This document shows, in pieces, positions 29,814-38,512 of a DNA stretch of 64,000 bases (the stretch's first letter is position 1; each line of letters starts with the position of its first letter). The notes below the pieces were generated by a model. It searched no databases and was not told the origin of the DNA. It saw only the letters and a program-made list of their open reading frames with translations. The stretch is taken from assembly GCA_963837955.1 (NCBI GenBank), contig CAWIPH010000002.1, positions 4,000,001 through 4,064,000 on the forward strand, given 5' to 3'. Made by a program: the position numbers and the translations under genes. This DNA comes from an uncultured Verrucomicrobiae bacterium. GTDB lineage: Bacteria > Verrucomicrobiota > Verrucomicrobiia > Chthoniobacterales > JAFAMB01.

Positions 29814-31414
29814 TACGGCAGAACCTCTTCCAGTGTCTCAATCATCGCGACTGGCTTACTCTTTCTGGTACAAAGAAAGCAAATCACTAAGAAGATGGCA
29901 GCTAGCGTGTAGCTGATAGCAAACTCGGGGGCTGCACACCATCCGATCTTGGTATCAATACCCTCGGGCGTCAGTTGAAACGCGTGGATCAAGCCAAAGA
30001 ATGAGAGAACCGCGCCGGCGAAAATCCAAATGGCCGCGAGGAGAAAACGACGGTCGGTCATGAAGGCGAGCGCAGCTGCCCAAAGCATCGAGGTTAGGAC
30101 CGCACCTTGACTAATGGAAATGAGACCGTAAATAGGCAGCTCTTCGCCGAAGGAGGTCGCAGCCTGAAATAAGCTGGAACCACCTTTCCTAACACCCAAG
30201 TCCACCAACTCGAGGGCCCAGGAGGCAAGCATCGGGATTAGTCCGAAGCAAACCGCGATAGCGTGATTCTTGGGAACTTCCGTGAAAGCTTGTCCTACCA
30301 TGGCTAGGCCAAACCAGATCACGATGATGGCTACGACCGCCAGTGGTACAAAGTGCAACACGAGAGGAACCACTCCGGTTATACAAATCAACATTGTTGT
30401 CACGCCGTTCAGAACCGAGTAGCCGGCGCGTGCTCCAAAAGATTTGTGCGCCATGTGGCCGAAATAGAGCGTCGTGGGGAACGCGCTGCCAAAAGCAGCG
30501 GCTCCCAACGTTGCCACACCGTTCATTAGTAGCGATGGTCGAGTTGGGTAGTCATCCCCAGCGACCTTCACACTCTCCAAGACCTGCAGGGACACAATCG
30601 TATCGAGCAAGCTCATCGAGAAAATAATCGGTAGGTATTTCCAACCTTCTCCCTGCCGAAGAAATTCCACCACGTTCACCGGCTTCGGTAGATAGAAACC
30701 AGGCGAAGTAATCGTCTGCGCATCTGGCAAATGGTAAAGGTTAAGCGCTCTCAAAATCAGCGCCGCGAAAATGCCGACTACAATACAAAGAAGAGCCGCT
30801 GGTATTCGTCCGGGCAAGCGCAGATGCGACGAGTAAAAGGTTAGGATAATAACTGCCGGCAACAAGGCGAGCGCCGGATTCTGAAAAATCTGAAAGACGA
30901 ACCCGAGACAAAGGAAGGCCAACGCGATTCCGGCCAGCGGACAAAGTAAAGCGGCTCTCGGCGTTGTGCGCCGCAGCCAGTCGGTGCAAAACGATCCGAC
31001 GGTCTGCACGATACCGCTGAGAAAGCAGCAGAGCATCCCCACCTGCCAGGTGAGTTCCGGATCCTTGGTCCGGTTGAATACCGGCACCATGATCAGAAAG
31101 ATATAAGCAAAAATCGTTGGCGTATTGACGCCAAATGGGATTGCCGTGACGTCCGAGCGGCCGGTTCTCTTGGCTAGCTGCCTTGCCTGCCAGGCGTAAA
31201 AGAGATTACCGCCAAGAATAGAGAGAGCGACCGCGGGCAGAATACGCTGCGTCACGAAATCTGAGGTAAAGCCACAAAGAGGCCCTAGTCCTACGATCAA
31301 CAAAAGATCCGGAAATCCGCTGAAAAACAGCGCAAAATAACCGTCCAGATCGCCGGGAACAAACCACTTTGCGCGAACCGACCCTGGTGAATCGCTGGTC
31401 GCAGCCACGCTCAT
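29813..31414 (-). CDS. Nucleobase-type permease (NCS2/AzgA-related)
   Basis: Multi-TM protein; WFVPGDLDG, DVTAIPFGVNTP, TPRAALL, ESVKVAGDDY, GARAGYS. Start ATG 31414. Confidence 0.75.
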   Translation of the reverse strand: MSVAATSDSPGSVRAKWFVPGDLDGYFALFFSGFPDLLLIVGLGPLCGFTSDFVTQRILPAVALSILGGNLFYAWQARQLAKRTGRSDVTAIPFGVNTPTIFAYIFLIMVPVFNRTKDPELTWQVGMLCCFLSGIVQTVGSFCTDWLRRTTPRAALLCPLAGIALAFLCLGFVFQIFQNPALALLPAVIILTFYSSHLRLPGRIPAALLCIVVGIFAALILRALNLYHLPDAQTITSPGFYLPKPVNVVEFLRQGEGWKYLPIIFSMSLLDTIVSLQVLESVKVAGDDYPTRPSLLMNGVATLGAAAFGSAFPTTLYFGHMAHKSFGARAGYSVLNGVTTMLICITGVVPLVLHFVPLAVVAIIVIWFGLAMVGQAFTEVPKNHAIAVCFGLIPMLASWALELVDLGVRKGGSSLFQAATSFGEELPIYGLISISQGAVLTSMLWAAALAFMTDRRFLLAAIWIFAGAVLSFFGLIHAFQLTPEGIDTKIGWCAAPEFAISYTLAAIFLVICFLCTRKSKPVAMIETLEEVLP

Positions 31415-31415
31415 T

Positions 31416-32384
31416 TCAGGCGATTCCAAATTTAAGACCGAGGGTTTTCAGCCACTGCCGGTAAGCAATCGCTGTTCGATCCGATTTCAGATGCAGTTCG
31501 GCTTGCAAATCGAGCGGAAGCAATTCGGGTCGTTGCGACTCTACCACCGGAATGTCTTGGGCAGTGATTACATCTTGGAACTCGCGGAACCGCGCGTCGG
31601 GGATCCCAGCGTCGTAATTTATCGACAGAATCGCCCAAGCGATGCTCTCCGTTTGCGTCACCGGAGTGACGATGTCGATCATCGTAAATTTCTTTTCGCC
31701 TTGTATCTTACTGAATCGCGCCGTCAGCGGTCGTAAGACTTCGTAGTCATAACCGACGCGAGCCGGTTTGCCGCTCCCGTCGGGATCCGGTTGCCAGACT
31801 CCAATATCGTGTGCAGTCACTCCATCTGGCGAAGATTCAACTTCGTAATCGTCGATTTCGGTGTGGGCCGCATCGCCCAGGTAACCGGCATGCACAAAAG
31901 GAAAGTGTGCAACATCCAGAAAATTTTCGATCACTCGAGGTCCACTCGCCCGCATCGGATAGGGTCCCGCGGGGAACGAGCGGAAGCTCGGATCATCCCA
32001 CTCGGGATAAAACGGGATTTCTTTCTCCGGCGTGCCTAAACAAACCCAGACCAGATCGTAGCGCTCCTTTGCCTGATAAGGGATGGCGCGAGCGCGCATG
32101 GGCGGTTTGAGAGTTGGATGGGCCGGCATCCGGACACAGTTGGCGTCAGAGCCATATGTCCAGCCATGGTAAGGACAAACCAGACAGTCATCCGCAACCT
32201 TGCCACCAGAAAGCTTGGCGCCTCGGTGGATGCACAAATCCTGCCAGACAGAAACGGTTTCTCGATTGCGCCAGACGACTAGATCTTGCCCGAGCAGTTT
32301 GGCAGACCGAACCGTGCCCGCTTGGATCTCGGATGCGCGGGCAACGGGGTGCCAGTCGTTCCATAAAACTGGATCGTCTAACAT
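31416..32384 (-). CDS. Rieske non-heme iron oxygenase (NdmC-like catalytic domain with an intact Rieske domain)
   Basis: NDWHPVA, CIH...CPYH, IENFLDVAHFPFVH, QD..VESQRP..LPL. Alternative start 32405. Confidence 0.9.
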   Translation of the reverse strand: MLDDPVLWNDWHPVARASEIQAGTVRSAKLLGQDLVVWRNRETVSVWQDLCIHRGAKLSGGKVADDCLVCPYHGWTYGSDANCVRMPAHPTLKPPMRARAIPYQAKERYDLVWVCLGTPEKEIPFYPEWDDPSFRSFPAGPYPMRASGPRVIENFLDVAHFPFVHAGYLGDAAHTEIDDYEVESSPDGVTAHDIGVWQPDPDGSGKPARVGYDYEVLRPLTARFSKIQGEKKFTMIDIVTPVTQTESIAWAILSINYDAGIPDARFREFQDVITAQDIPVVESQRPELLPLDLQAELHLKSDRTAIAYRQWLKTLGLKFGIA

Positions 32385-32438
32385 AGTCTTATCATTAGAA
32401 ATCACCCGGAACCGAGATTGACGTTCGAGAAAACTGAA

Positions 32439-32954
32439 CTACCACCGGTTCTTTGCTGCTGCCGGATAGGGAAACGAGGCATTCCCTTCATCTACCGGAA
32501 TCACGCCCTTGGCCTGCAGATCACCCACGCTGTGGTCGTAGTACTCTTTCCAGAGCACCAATTTTCCGCCCCGAACCTTTCCGATTGCGGCGGTTCCCTC
32601 AGCCTCCCGTTTCCCGGTTTGCTTGTTAGTTGAGCAAAATTGGTATTCAGCGAAGACCTGGTCGCCCTCTACGAGAAAAGTGGTCGGATAGATTCGGGTA
32701 TTTGACCACTCGTTCCGCCATCTTTTAAAAAAAGCGATTGCCCCTTTTTTATCGAGTCTACCCCCGGGATGCGCCCACAAAAGATGGTCATCCAGCGTCG
32801 AAGTAAAGGCCGTTAGATCGCCTGTTTCCCACGAGTGCGCGAACTTTTTTACGACACTGATTAGTTGCTCGCGAGCAGGATCGGCGGCGCGAACAGATGG
32901 AGGTCCCGCTACCAGGCCGAAAGCTAACCAAATGAAGATACGGAATAGAGTCAT
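32439..32954 (-). CDS. Exported SnoaL/NTF2-like protein
   Basis: Signal peptide ending VRA|A; WETGD, VEGDQVFAE, VRGGKLVLWKEYYD. Confidence 0.75.
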   Translation of the reverse strand: MTLFRIFIWLAFGLVAGPPSVRAADPAREQLISVVKKFAHSWETGDLTAFTSTLDDHLLWAHPGGRLDKKGAIAFFKRWRNEWSNTRIYPTTFLVEGDQVFAEYQFCSTNKQTGKREAEGTAAIGKVRGGKLVLWKEYYDHSVGDLQAKGVIPVDEGNASFPYPAAAKNRW

Positions 32955-32975
32955 GCGGAAGGCGCACACCGTCAG

Positions 32976-32991
32976 AGCAAGTTTGGGGCCA
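32976..32991 (-). promoter_or_regulatory. Sigma54-like promoter of the SnoaL-Rieske-permease-Rieske operon
   Basis: Minus strand TGGCCCCAAACTTGCT: GG-N10-GC with canonical TTGCT. Confidence 0.55.
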
Positions 32992-33037
32992 GAAAAGAGC
33001 GGGCGAGACTGAGACAACGTTCGGGATTACCAAATGA

Positions 33038-33244
33038 GGTAGGGCGAAAGCCTAATACGGTCTAAGCCGGATTGGCTTGAGCCGTTGTGGTCTCACCCCC
33101 GGGAACGTTTCGCCATGCCTGTTCGGTCGAATGGCATCCACGAAAGGGACGCACTGATCGGATTCCACGCACGGCTCAAACCCAGCGCGAACGCACACCT
33201 AGGCGAAAAAGAACGTCTATCCGCGCCGAGGTTTTCGCCCTACC
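33038..33244. repeat. Nested inverted-repeat element with GTAG-type ends
   Basis: GGTAGGGCGAAAGCCT (33038-33053) pairs with AGGTTTTCGCCCTACC (33229-33244); inner TTGAGCCGT/ACGGCTCAA and ATGCC/GGCAT stems. Confidence 0.55.
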
Positions 33245-33287
33245 GATCAGGGGTGTTATCCGCAACGCGTAAAAAGAATCCTTCAGC

Positions 33288-33899
33288 TCATCGCGGCTTG
33301 TTCCCAGACGAACTACCATTGTTCGCCACAAAACGCGCAAACTCTTCCAGGAATTTAGTTCGTTCTCGGAGAAAAACCGGATCGTCCGGATCTCGGCCCA
33401 CGATGAGCCGAACTAACTGGGGAAACGCCAGGGGCGCAATTTCCATGGCAACTAGTGACAAAAGGTACTGGCGCGAGTCAAAAAATGGCGGCCAACCTTT
33501 TGGTCCGCATCTCCGCTCCAACTGTCGCAATGAGGTCTGCCAAAAAGTTCGCCGGTCCTTTTCACCTGCCACTTTGCGATTTTTCCGTTCGAGTCCCTCC
33601 CAAATCAGTAAACGAGCCCATTCCGGATGCTTAAAATAGAAGCGACTCCAATAACGAACTGCCTCGCCCGCTTCTTCCGGCGCCTTCTCAATAGCCTCGG
33701 CCGCTTCCCAGACTGACTGGATAACGGCCCGGAAAAGGTTCTCTTTACTCTCGAAGTAATAATAGATCAGCTGCTTGTTGACTTTCGCTTTTTCGGCGAT
33801 GCGATCCACGCGTGCTCCAGCATAGCCAGTTTTAGAGAACTCTTTCAGAGCTTGGCGCAAGATGCGATCTCGCACATCGATCTTTGATCTACCCGGCAT
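33288..33899 (-). CDS. TetR/AcrR family regulator (RutR-like)
   Basis: RILRQA..EFS..GY.GARVD.IA..A.VNKQLIYYYF.SKENL. Confidence 0.92.
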   Translation of the reverse strand: MPGRSKIDVRDRILRQALKEFSKTGYAGARVDRIAEKAKVNKQLIYYYFESKENLFRAVIQSVWEAAEAIEKAPEEAGEAVRYWSRFYFKHPEWARLLIWEGLERKNRKVAGEKDRRTFWQTSLRQLERRCGPKGWPPFFDSRQYLLSLVAMEIAPLAFPQLVRLIVGRDPDDPVFLRERTKFLEEFARFVANNGSSSGNKPR

Positions 33900-34053
33900 G
33901 ATTAAGAACGTTTAACATCAAGATTGGTTGGCTGGCCAGACCGCGGAGTCATATAACGATCTGAGGAGCGAGTCAACCTGAGGCGATCGCTGGAACCAAG
34001 AAATCCCGTAAAGGGTTAGAGAAGGGATCGGGTCTGGGTGAAAATTATCACTT

Positions 34054-34071
34054 TTCAACTAAACAGTTGAA
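34054..34071. promoter_or_regulatory. Palindromic operator 1 (probable TetR site)
   Basis: TTCAACT-AAAC-AGTTGAA in the divergent tetR/TonB intergenic region. Confidence 0.65.
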
Positions 34072-34170
34072 TTGTTTTGTCCCAATTTAGTCAATCCGCG
34101 CAAATTTGTTCGTTGATTCAATATTCTGCACATCTCCTTCATTTTGTCTGGTTTAGTGATGGAATGTAGT

Positions 34171-34188
34171 TTCAACTGTTTAGTTGAT
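34171..34188. promoter_or_regulatory. Palindromic operator 2 (probable TetR site)
   Basis: TTCAACT-GTTT-AGTTGAT, the reverse complement of operator 1 at 17 of 18 positions. Confidence 0.65.
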
Positions 34189-34213
34189 TTCTGCAATGGT
34201 CATTTTCGACAGC

Positions 34214-34229
34214 TGGCACGCCTGATGCT
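34214..34229 (+). promoter_or_regulatory. Sigma54 (-24/-12) promoter of the TonB receptor operon
   Basis: TGGCACGCCTGATGCT, near consensus TGGCACG-N4-TTGCW. Confidence 0.7.
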
Positions 34230-34334
34230 TCTCTTCCATCGGTTTTAAAGGCAGCGGCGATCGATCAACGGCCGGTCTCGGAGAATTCCGACTCCCGCAA
34301 CTAGTTCGGCGCCTCCGCCGATTTAAATGCACCC

Positions 34335-36884
34335 ATGCCCAAACTACGGACTAGCCTTGTATTTTTGATTATTGCTTTCTTGACGTGTTGCGACCAATTC
34401 AGTCGTTCATTCGGCCAGACCGTCGTTCCATCGCCGTCGCCCGACACCGGTGCGAATCCAGCCAAGGCCACCGGCCAATCTCTTCAAACGGTTGTGGTGC
34501 AAGGCATTTCCGAAGAAACCGTAAACCCGTTGGACAGACCGGTTTCCTCAATTTACGGAACTGATTTGCCGGTTACGGATATCCCACGATCCGTCAGCAG
34601 CGTTACGCAGCAACAGTTGCAACAGCAGAATATCACTTCAGTCGCTGATCTCAGCCAGTTGACCCCCAGCAGCGTTAACTTGAGTCGTTGGGGTATTACC
34701 GGGACGCCGACTATTCGGGGCGATCTGGCTGAGGTCTATGTAAACGGGCAACGGAAATTAACCAATCAAAACGCCTTTTCGCCTAGCTTCACCGGGGTCG
34801 AGTCCGTCGACATCCTAAAAGGTCCTGCTTCTGTTGTGGATGGACCGGGTTCGCAAACTGGCGGGTACGTGAATTTTGTGACGAAAGCTCCCTATTTCGA
34901 TAGGATGCATGGCACGTTCTATCTGGATCTCGGAACTTACGTTCCGGGAGGTCAGTCATACTTTGACCAGGGATGGGGCGTCGACGTCGGAGGTCCCATC
35001 ATTGCAAACCAGCTGGCCTACCGCTTTTCCTACGAGGGTACCGGCGGCCAGAGCTATTATCATCGGAGCGGGGTCAAGAACGACCGGGACGACTTCTATG
35101 GTTCGATTACCTATACGCCCAGCAGTAATCTCTCGATTAATATCAACGCCGGTTATCTCAACACCAATGTTGGCGAACTCGATGGTGTGAATCGGCCCAC
35201 CCAACAACTGATCGACAATCAAACCTATTACACTGGCGTAGCTATAAGCCCGTTTGCCACGCCACCGGCTCACGTTCCCGGCTCTATCTATTACCAACCC
35301 ACCACTAGCGGACCGGGCGGATTTGGGGCGGTGCTTTATCCTACCGGAACAACCAAGATTTATCCGTTTAACACCATCGTCAGCCCTCTCGCTATAGAAA
35401 ATGTGAATGACTATTACGCCCAAATGATCATCACGCTAAATGTGAGCGATTGTCTTACCATCGTGAACCGGACCTACGGCGAGAGTGTCGAACGCTACGA
35501 TCGAACGGCTTACCAATACACTGAGTATGTTCCGCATAATGTGGTCTTCGAAAACCGGACCGAAATTAGCTACCATTGGGATGGCAATATTTGTGGCATA
35601 TCGACGACCAACGATTTGCTAACCGGATTTTCTTTCCGCTACCAAGACAGTCTCTCCTACGGTGAGTTTCAAAACGAATACTTCAACAACTATGACGTAA
35701 CGCAGAACTCGCGGACCTTTGTTTCTCCGTTTTATCAAAATCCGCAGCCTTTCTCTTCCCTCGTCTACGTTGGTCATGGTTTTTTTGCCAACCCGGGAAC
35801 CAGTCGAATAGGCGCTAACGGTAACGGCTTTCCGGTGGGAGTCTACCTGACGAACGGCAACAGCAATCGAACCCATCTCTTTGACGCCGGCCTGTTCTTG
35901 CAGGACCGGATCGAACTGGCCAAACAATGGGCCCTGCTAATCGGCGTTCGCGGCGACTACCTAAACGCTAATGCCAGCGATCCAGTCCCCTACAAAGATA
36001 ATGTCCAAGCGCCTGGCTCGAAAAATAGCGACAGCGCCGAGGTAGTGAACCCGACGATCAGTGCTAGCCTGAGCTACAAACCCACCAACTGGCTGACTTC
36101 TTATTTCACATTCAATGAGACCTACGGCTTGGATGAAGCTTCCGTCTACGAGACCGGTGGCGTCGCCCAGAATCCCAACGGCACCGGTGGAATCACCAAA
36201 GCCAGCATGAAAAACAAGAGTGTTCTTCTGGAGGGCGGTTTCAAGTTTAGTTTATTGGATAACAAGCTATTTGTTGGGTTGGACGGTTTCTATCAGCGGA
36301 GAGCGAGCACCGACCAGTTTGGCAACATCAACAATATCGAGGTCCGCGGTATGGAAGCGGAAGCCACATACCAACCGAACAAGAATTTCAGTGTTTCCGC
36401 TAACTTCACCTGGTCAGAAGCGAACTACATTAATTATACGCCGATCCAGAGTACCCAGAACCTTGGCGATACTTACGCCGCCGGATTCCCGGTTCAACCT
36501 GGGGTCGTAGGAACCGGCGTCGGTAGTCCAAACTTCTTGGTACACGGCTTGCCAACGGGCGCCTACCGCCTCAACGGTTTTCCCAATCTGATTTTCAATG
36601 GCTATGCGACTTATGTCCTGGATTGCGGATTGGGCGCGAGTCTCGGAATCCAGGCCGAAAGCTACCAACGCGTGGACTTTGACAATAGGCTCAAGATTCC
36701 TGCCCAATACCAGCTCAATGCCTCGTTATTTTACCGTCAGCCGCAATGGGAAATTCGAGTCAATATCGCAAATATCACAGATCAACGGAACTGGAGCGTC
36801 ACCGACGGAATTTTGGAAGGAAACGATCTGCTCATGTTGAATCAACCGCTCTCTGTGTCCGGAAGAATCACCATACGCTTCTAA
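34335..36884 (+). CDS. TonB-dependent receptor
   Basis: Signal peptide, TonB-box-like QTVVV, plug (DIPRSVS; VDILKGPASV..G...GG.VNFVTK), C-terminal beta-strand ending in F. Confidence 0.93.
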   Translation: MPKLRTSLVFLIIAFLTCCDQFSRSFGQTVVPSPSPDTGANPAKATGQSLQTVVVQGISEETVNPLDRPVSSIYGTDLPVTDIPRSVSSVTQQQLQQQNITSVADLSQLTPSSVNLSRWGITGTPTIRGDLAEVYVNGQRKLTNQNAFSPSFTGVESVDILKGPASVVDGPGSQTGGYVNFVTKAPYFDRMHGTFYLDLGTYVPGGQSYFDQGWGVDVGGPIIANQLAYRFSYEGTGGQSYYHRSGVKNDRDDFYGSITYTPSSNLSININAGYLNTNVGELDGVNRPTQQLIDNQTYYTGVAISPFATPPAHVPGSIYYQPTTSGPGGFGAVLYPTGTTKIYPFNTIVSPLAIENVNDYYAQMIITLNVSDCLTIVNRTYGESVERYDRTAYQYTEYVPHNVVFENRTEISYHWDGNICGISTTNDLLTGFSFRYQDSLSYGEFQNEYFNNYDVTQNSRTFVSPFYQNPQPFSSLVYVGHGFFANPGTSRIGANGNGFPVGVYLTNGNSNRTHLFDAGLFLQDRIELAKQWALLIGVRGDYLNANASDPVPYKDNVQAPGSKNSDSAEVVNPTISASLSYKPTNWLTSYFTFNETYGLDEASVYETGGVAQNPNGTGGITKASMKNKSVLLEGGFKFSLLDNKLFVGLDGFYQRRASTDQFGNINNIEVRGMEAEATYQPNKNFSVSANFTWSEANYINYTPIQSTQNLGDTYAAGFPVQPGVVGTGVGSPNFLVHGLPTGAYRLNGFPNLIFNGYATYVLDCGLGASLGIQAESYQRVDFDNRLKIPAQYQLNASLFYRQPQWEIRVNIANITDQRNWSVTDGILEGNDLLMLNQPLSVSGRITIRF

Positions 36885-36947
36885 TCAGCGTCGCCGGTTG
36901 GTTCGTCGGCCTCCGGCTTTCTGGTTCCCTAGTAAGTGCGGTGTATC

Positions 36948-38339
36948 ATGGGCACACGGGCATTGCTGTTATCTGGTGCAACGATCCTCACGATGGATGA
37001 TCGTGACCGTTGGTATGAAGATGGCGCTCTATTAGTTAGGAACGGCAAAATCGAAGCCATCGGCTTCACTCGGGAAATGGAAAGCCGGGTCCCAGCCGAC
37101 TGCGATCGAATTGAACTTTCAGATCGCTGGATTCTGCCCGGGTTTATTAATACCCACGTCCATACCTCTCAACAGCTCGCCCGCGGACTCGCGGATGACG
37201 TCGATCTTCTTACTTGGTTGCGAGACCGAATTTGGCCTTACGAGAGCCAACTAACGGAAGAGGATTCCTACGTAAGCTCATTACTGACTGGGATCGAACT
37301 GATCCGCAGCGGTGTTACCACGTTTTGCGAAGCTGGGGGTCAGCATGTCGATGCAATCGGACGCGCAACTGAAACCTTGGGGCTGCGCGCAATGCTTTGC
37401 CGCTCGACGATGGATATCCCAACTGGGCTGCCGGCCCGCTGGAGCACCGCGAAAACCGAATGTCTGAATCAGCAAATCGACCACTTTCATCGATGGCAAA
37501 ACCAGGCGAATGGCCGTATTCGAGTCTGCCTGGGACTTCGAACGATTTTCAATTGTTCGGACGATCTAATTTTGGGAACCCGTGATCTTTCAGACGAACT
37601 GGGCATGCGTATCAACATGCACGTTGCGGAAATTCCCGCGGAGAATGATTTCTGTCGCCTACGCAGCGGCAAAACAACGGTAGCGCACTTGGCAGACCTG
37701 AAAATACTGGGCCCTCATTTCCTGGCTGTCCACTGCGTTTGGTTGACTCCCGAAGAAATCGACTTATTCGCCCAATTCGATGTAAAGGTTTCGCATAATC
37801 CAGCTGCGGCAATGCGGGTTCTCGGTTGGCCGAGAATTACAGAAATGCAGAGCAAGGGTATCTGCCTTTCGCTGGGAACCGATGGCGCTCCTTGCAACAA
37901 CCGGATGACGCTGATTGACGAAATGTGGCTGGCCACATTGCTACAGAAAGCTCGTACTCGAGAACCAGCCGCGATGCCGGTCGAGTCGGTATTGAGCATG
38001 GTAACTCGCGACGGGGCGCGCGCGTTAGGTTGGGAGAATGAAATTGGATCTCTGACTGAGGACAAACAGGCCGATCTGATAGTGATCGATCCCAACACCG
38101 CGACGATGCTTCCGCTTCACGACCCAATCGCTAACCTGGTGAATGCTTTACGCGAACACAACGTGGAAAGCGTTATGGTTGCAGGAAATTGGTTGATGCG
38201 GGATCGCCGGATTCTCACGGTCGATGAACCGGAGATTTGTTCCGAGGCCAAACGCCGTGCAGTTCACATCCGAGAACGAGGAGGCATCGTGTTGCCGGAA
38301 CGTTTTCGGAAAGTGCAAAAACCGGATGAGTGGTCGTAG
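36948..38339 (+). CDS. Metal-dependent amidohydrolase (Atz/Trz/MTA-SAH deaminase family)
   Basis: PGFINTHVH, MHVAE, AVHCVW, LGTDGAPCNN, GSL..K.ADL. Confidence 0.9.
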   Translation: MGTRALLLSGATILTMDDRDRWYEDGALLVRNGKIEAIGFTREMESRVPADCDRIELSDRWILPGFINTHVHTSQQLARGLADDVDLLTWLRDRIWPYESQLTEEDSYVSSLLTGIELIRSGVTTFCEAGGQHVDAIGRATETLGLRAMLCRSTMDIPTGLPARWSTAKTECLNQQIDHFHRWQNQANGRIRVCLGLRTIFNCSDDLILGTRDLSDELGMRINMHVAEIPAENDFCRLRSGKTTVAHLADLKILGPHFLAVHCVWLTPEEIDLFAQFDVKVSHNPAAAMRVLGWPRITEMQSKGICLSLGTDGAPCNNRMTLIDEMWLATLLQKARTREPAAMPVESVLSMVTRDGARALGWENEIGSLTEDKQADLIVIDPNTATMLPLHDPIANLVNALREHNVESVMVAGNWLMRDRRILTVDEPEICSEAKRRAVHIRERGGIVLPERFRKVQKPDEWS

Positions 38340-38342
38340 CAT

Positions 38343-38445
38343 GTGAGAGGTGAGAAGTGATTGGTGAATGGTGGGAGATCTCTGGTCGAGGATTTGCCGA
38401 CGGCATCTACCTCTCACTAATCACCAATCACCAATCACCAATCGC
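38343..38445. repeat. Inverted arrays of degenerate 7-mers (GTGAnnG x5 / CnnTCAC x5)
   Basis: GTGAGAG GTGAGAA GTGATTG GTGAATG GTGGGAG ... CTCTCAC TAATCAC CAATCAC CAATCAC CAATCGC. Confidence 0.8.
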
Positions 38446-38484
38446 GGTTGCGGGAGAACGAAGGAGGAAGCATCAGGCTACACC

Positions 38485-38500
38485 AGGAACATGACTTGCT
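38485..38500 (+). promoter_or_regulatory. Possible sigma54 promoter of the third Rieske oxygenase
   Basis: AGGAACATGACTTGCT: GG-N10-GC with TTGCT, ending 12 nt upstream of the ATG. Confidence 0.4.
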
Positions 38501-38512
38501 GTTAAGGACGTC

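Noticed and set aside
33085..33639. 184-aa + strand ORF
   Set aside because: Antisense to tetR and runs through the inverted-repeat element.
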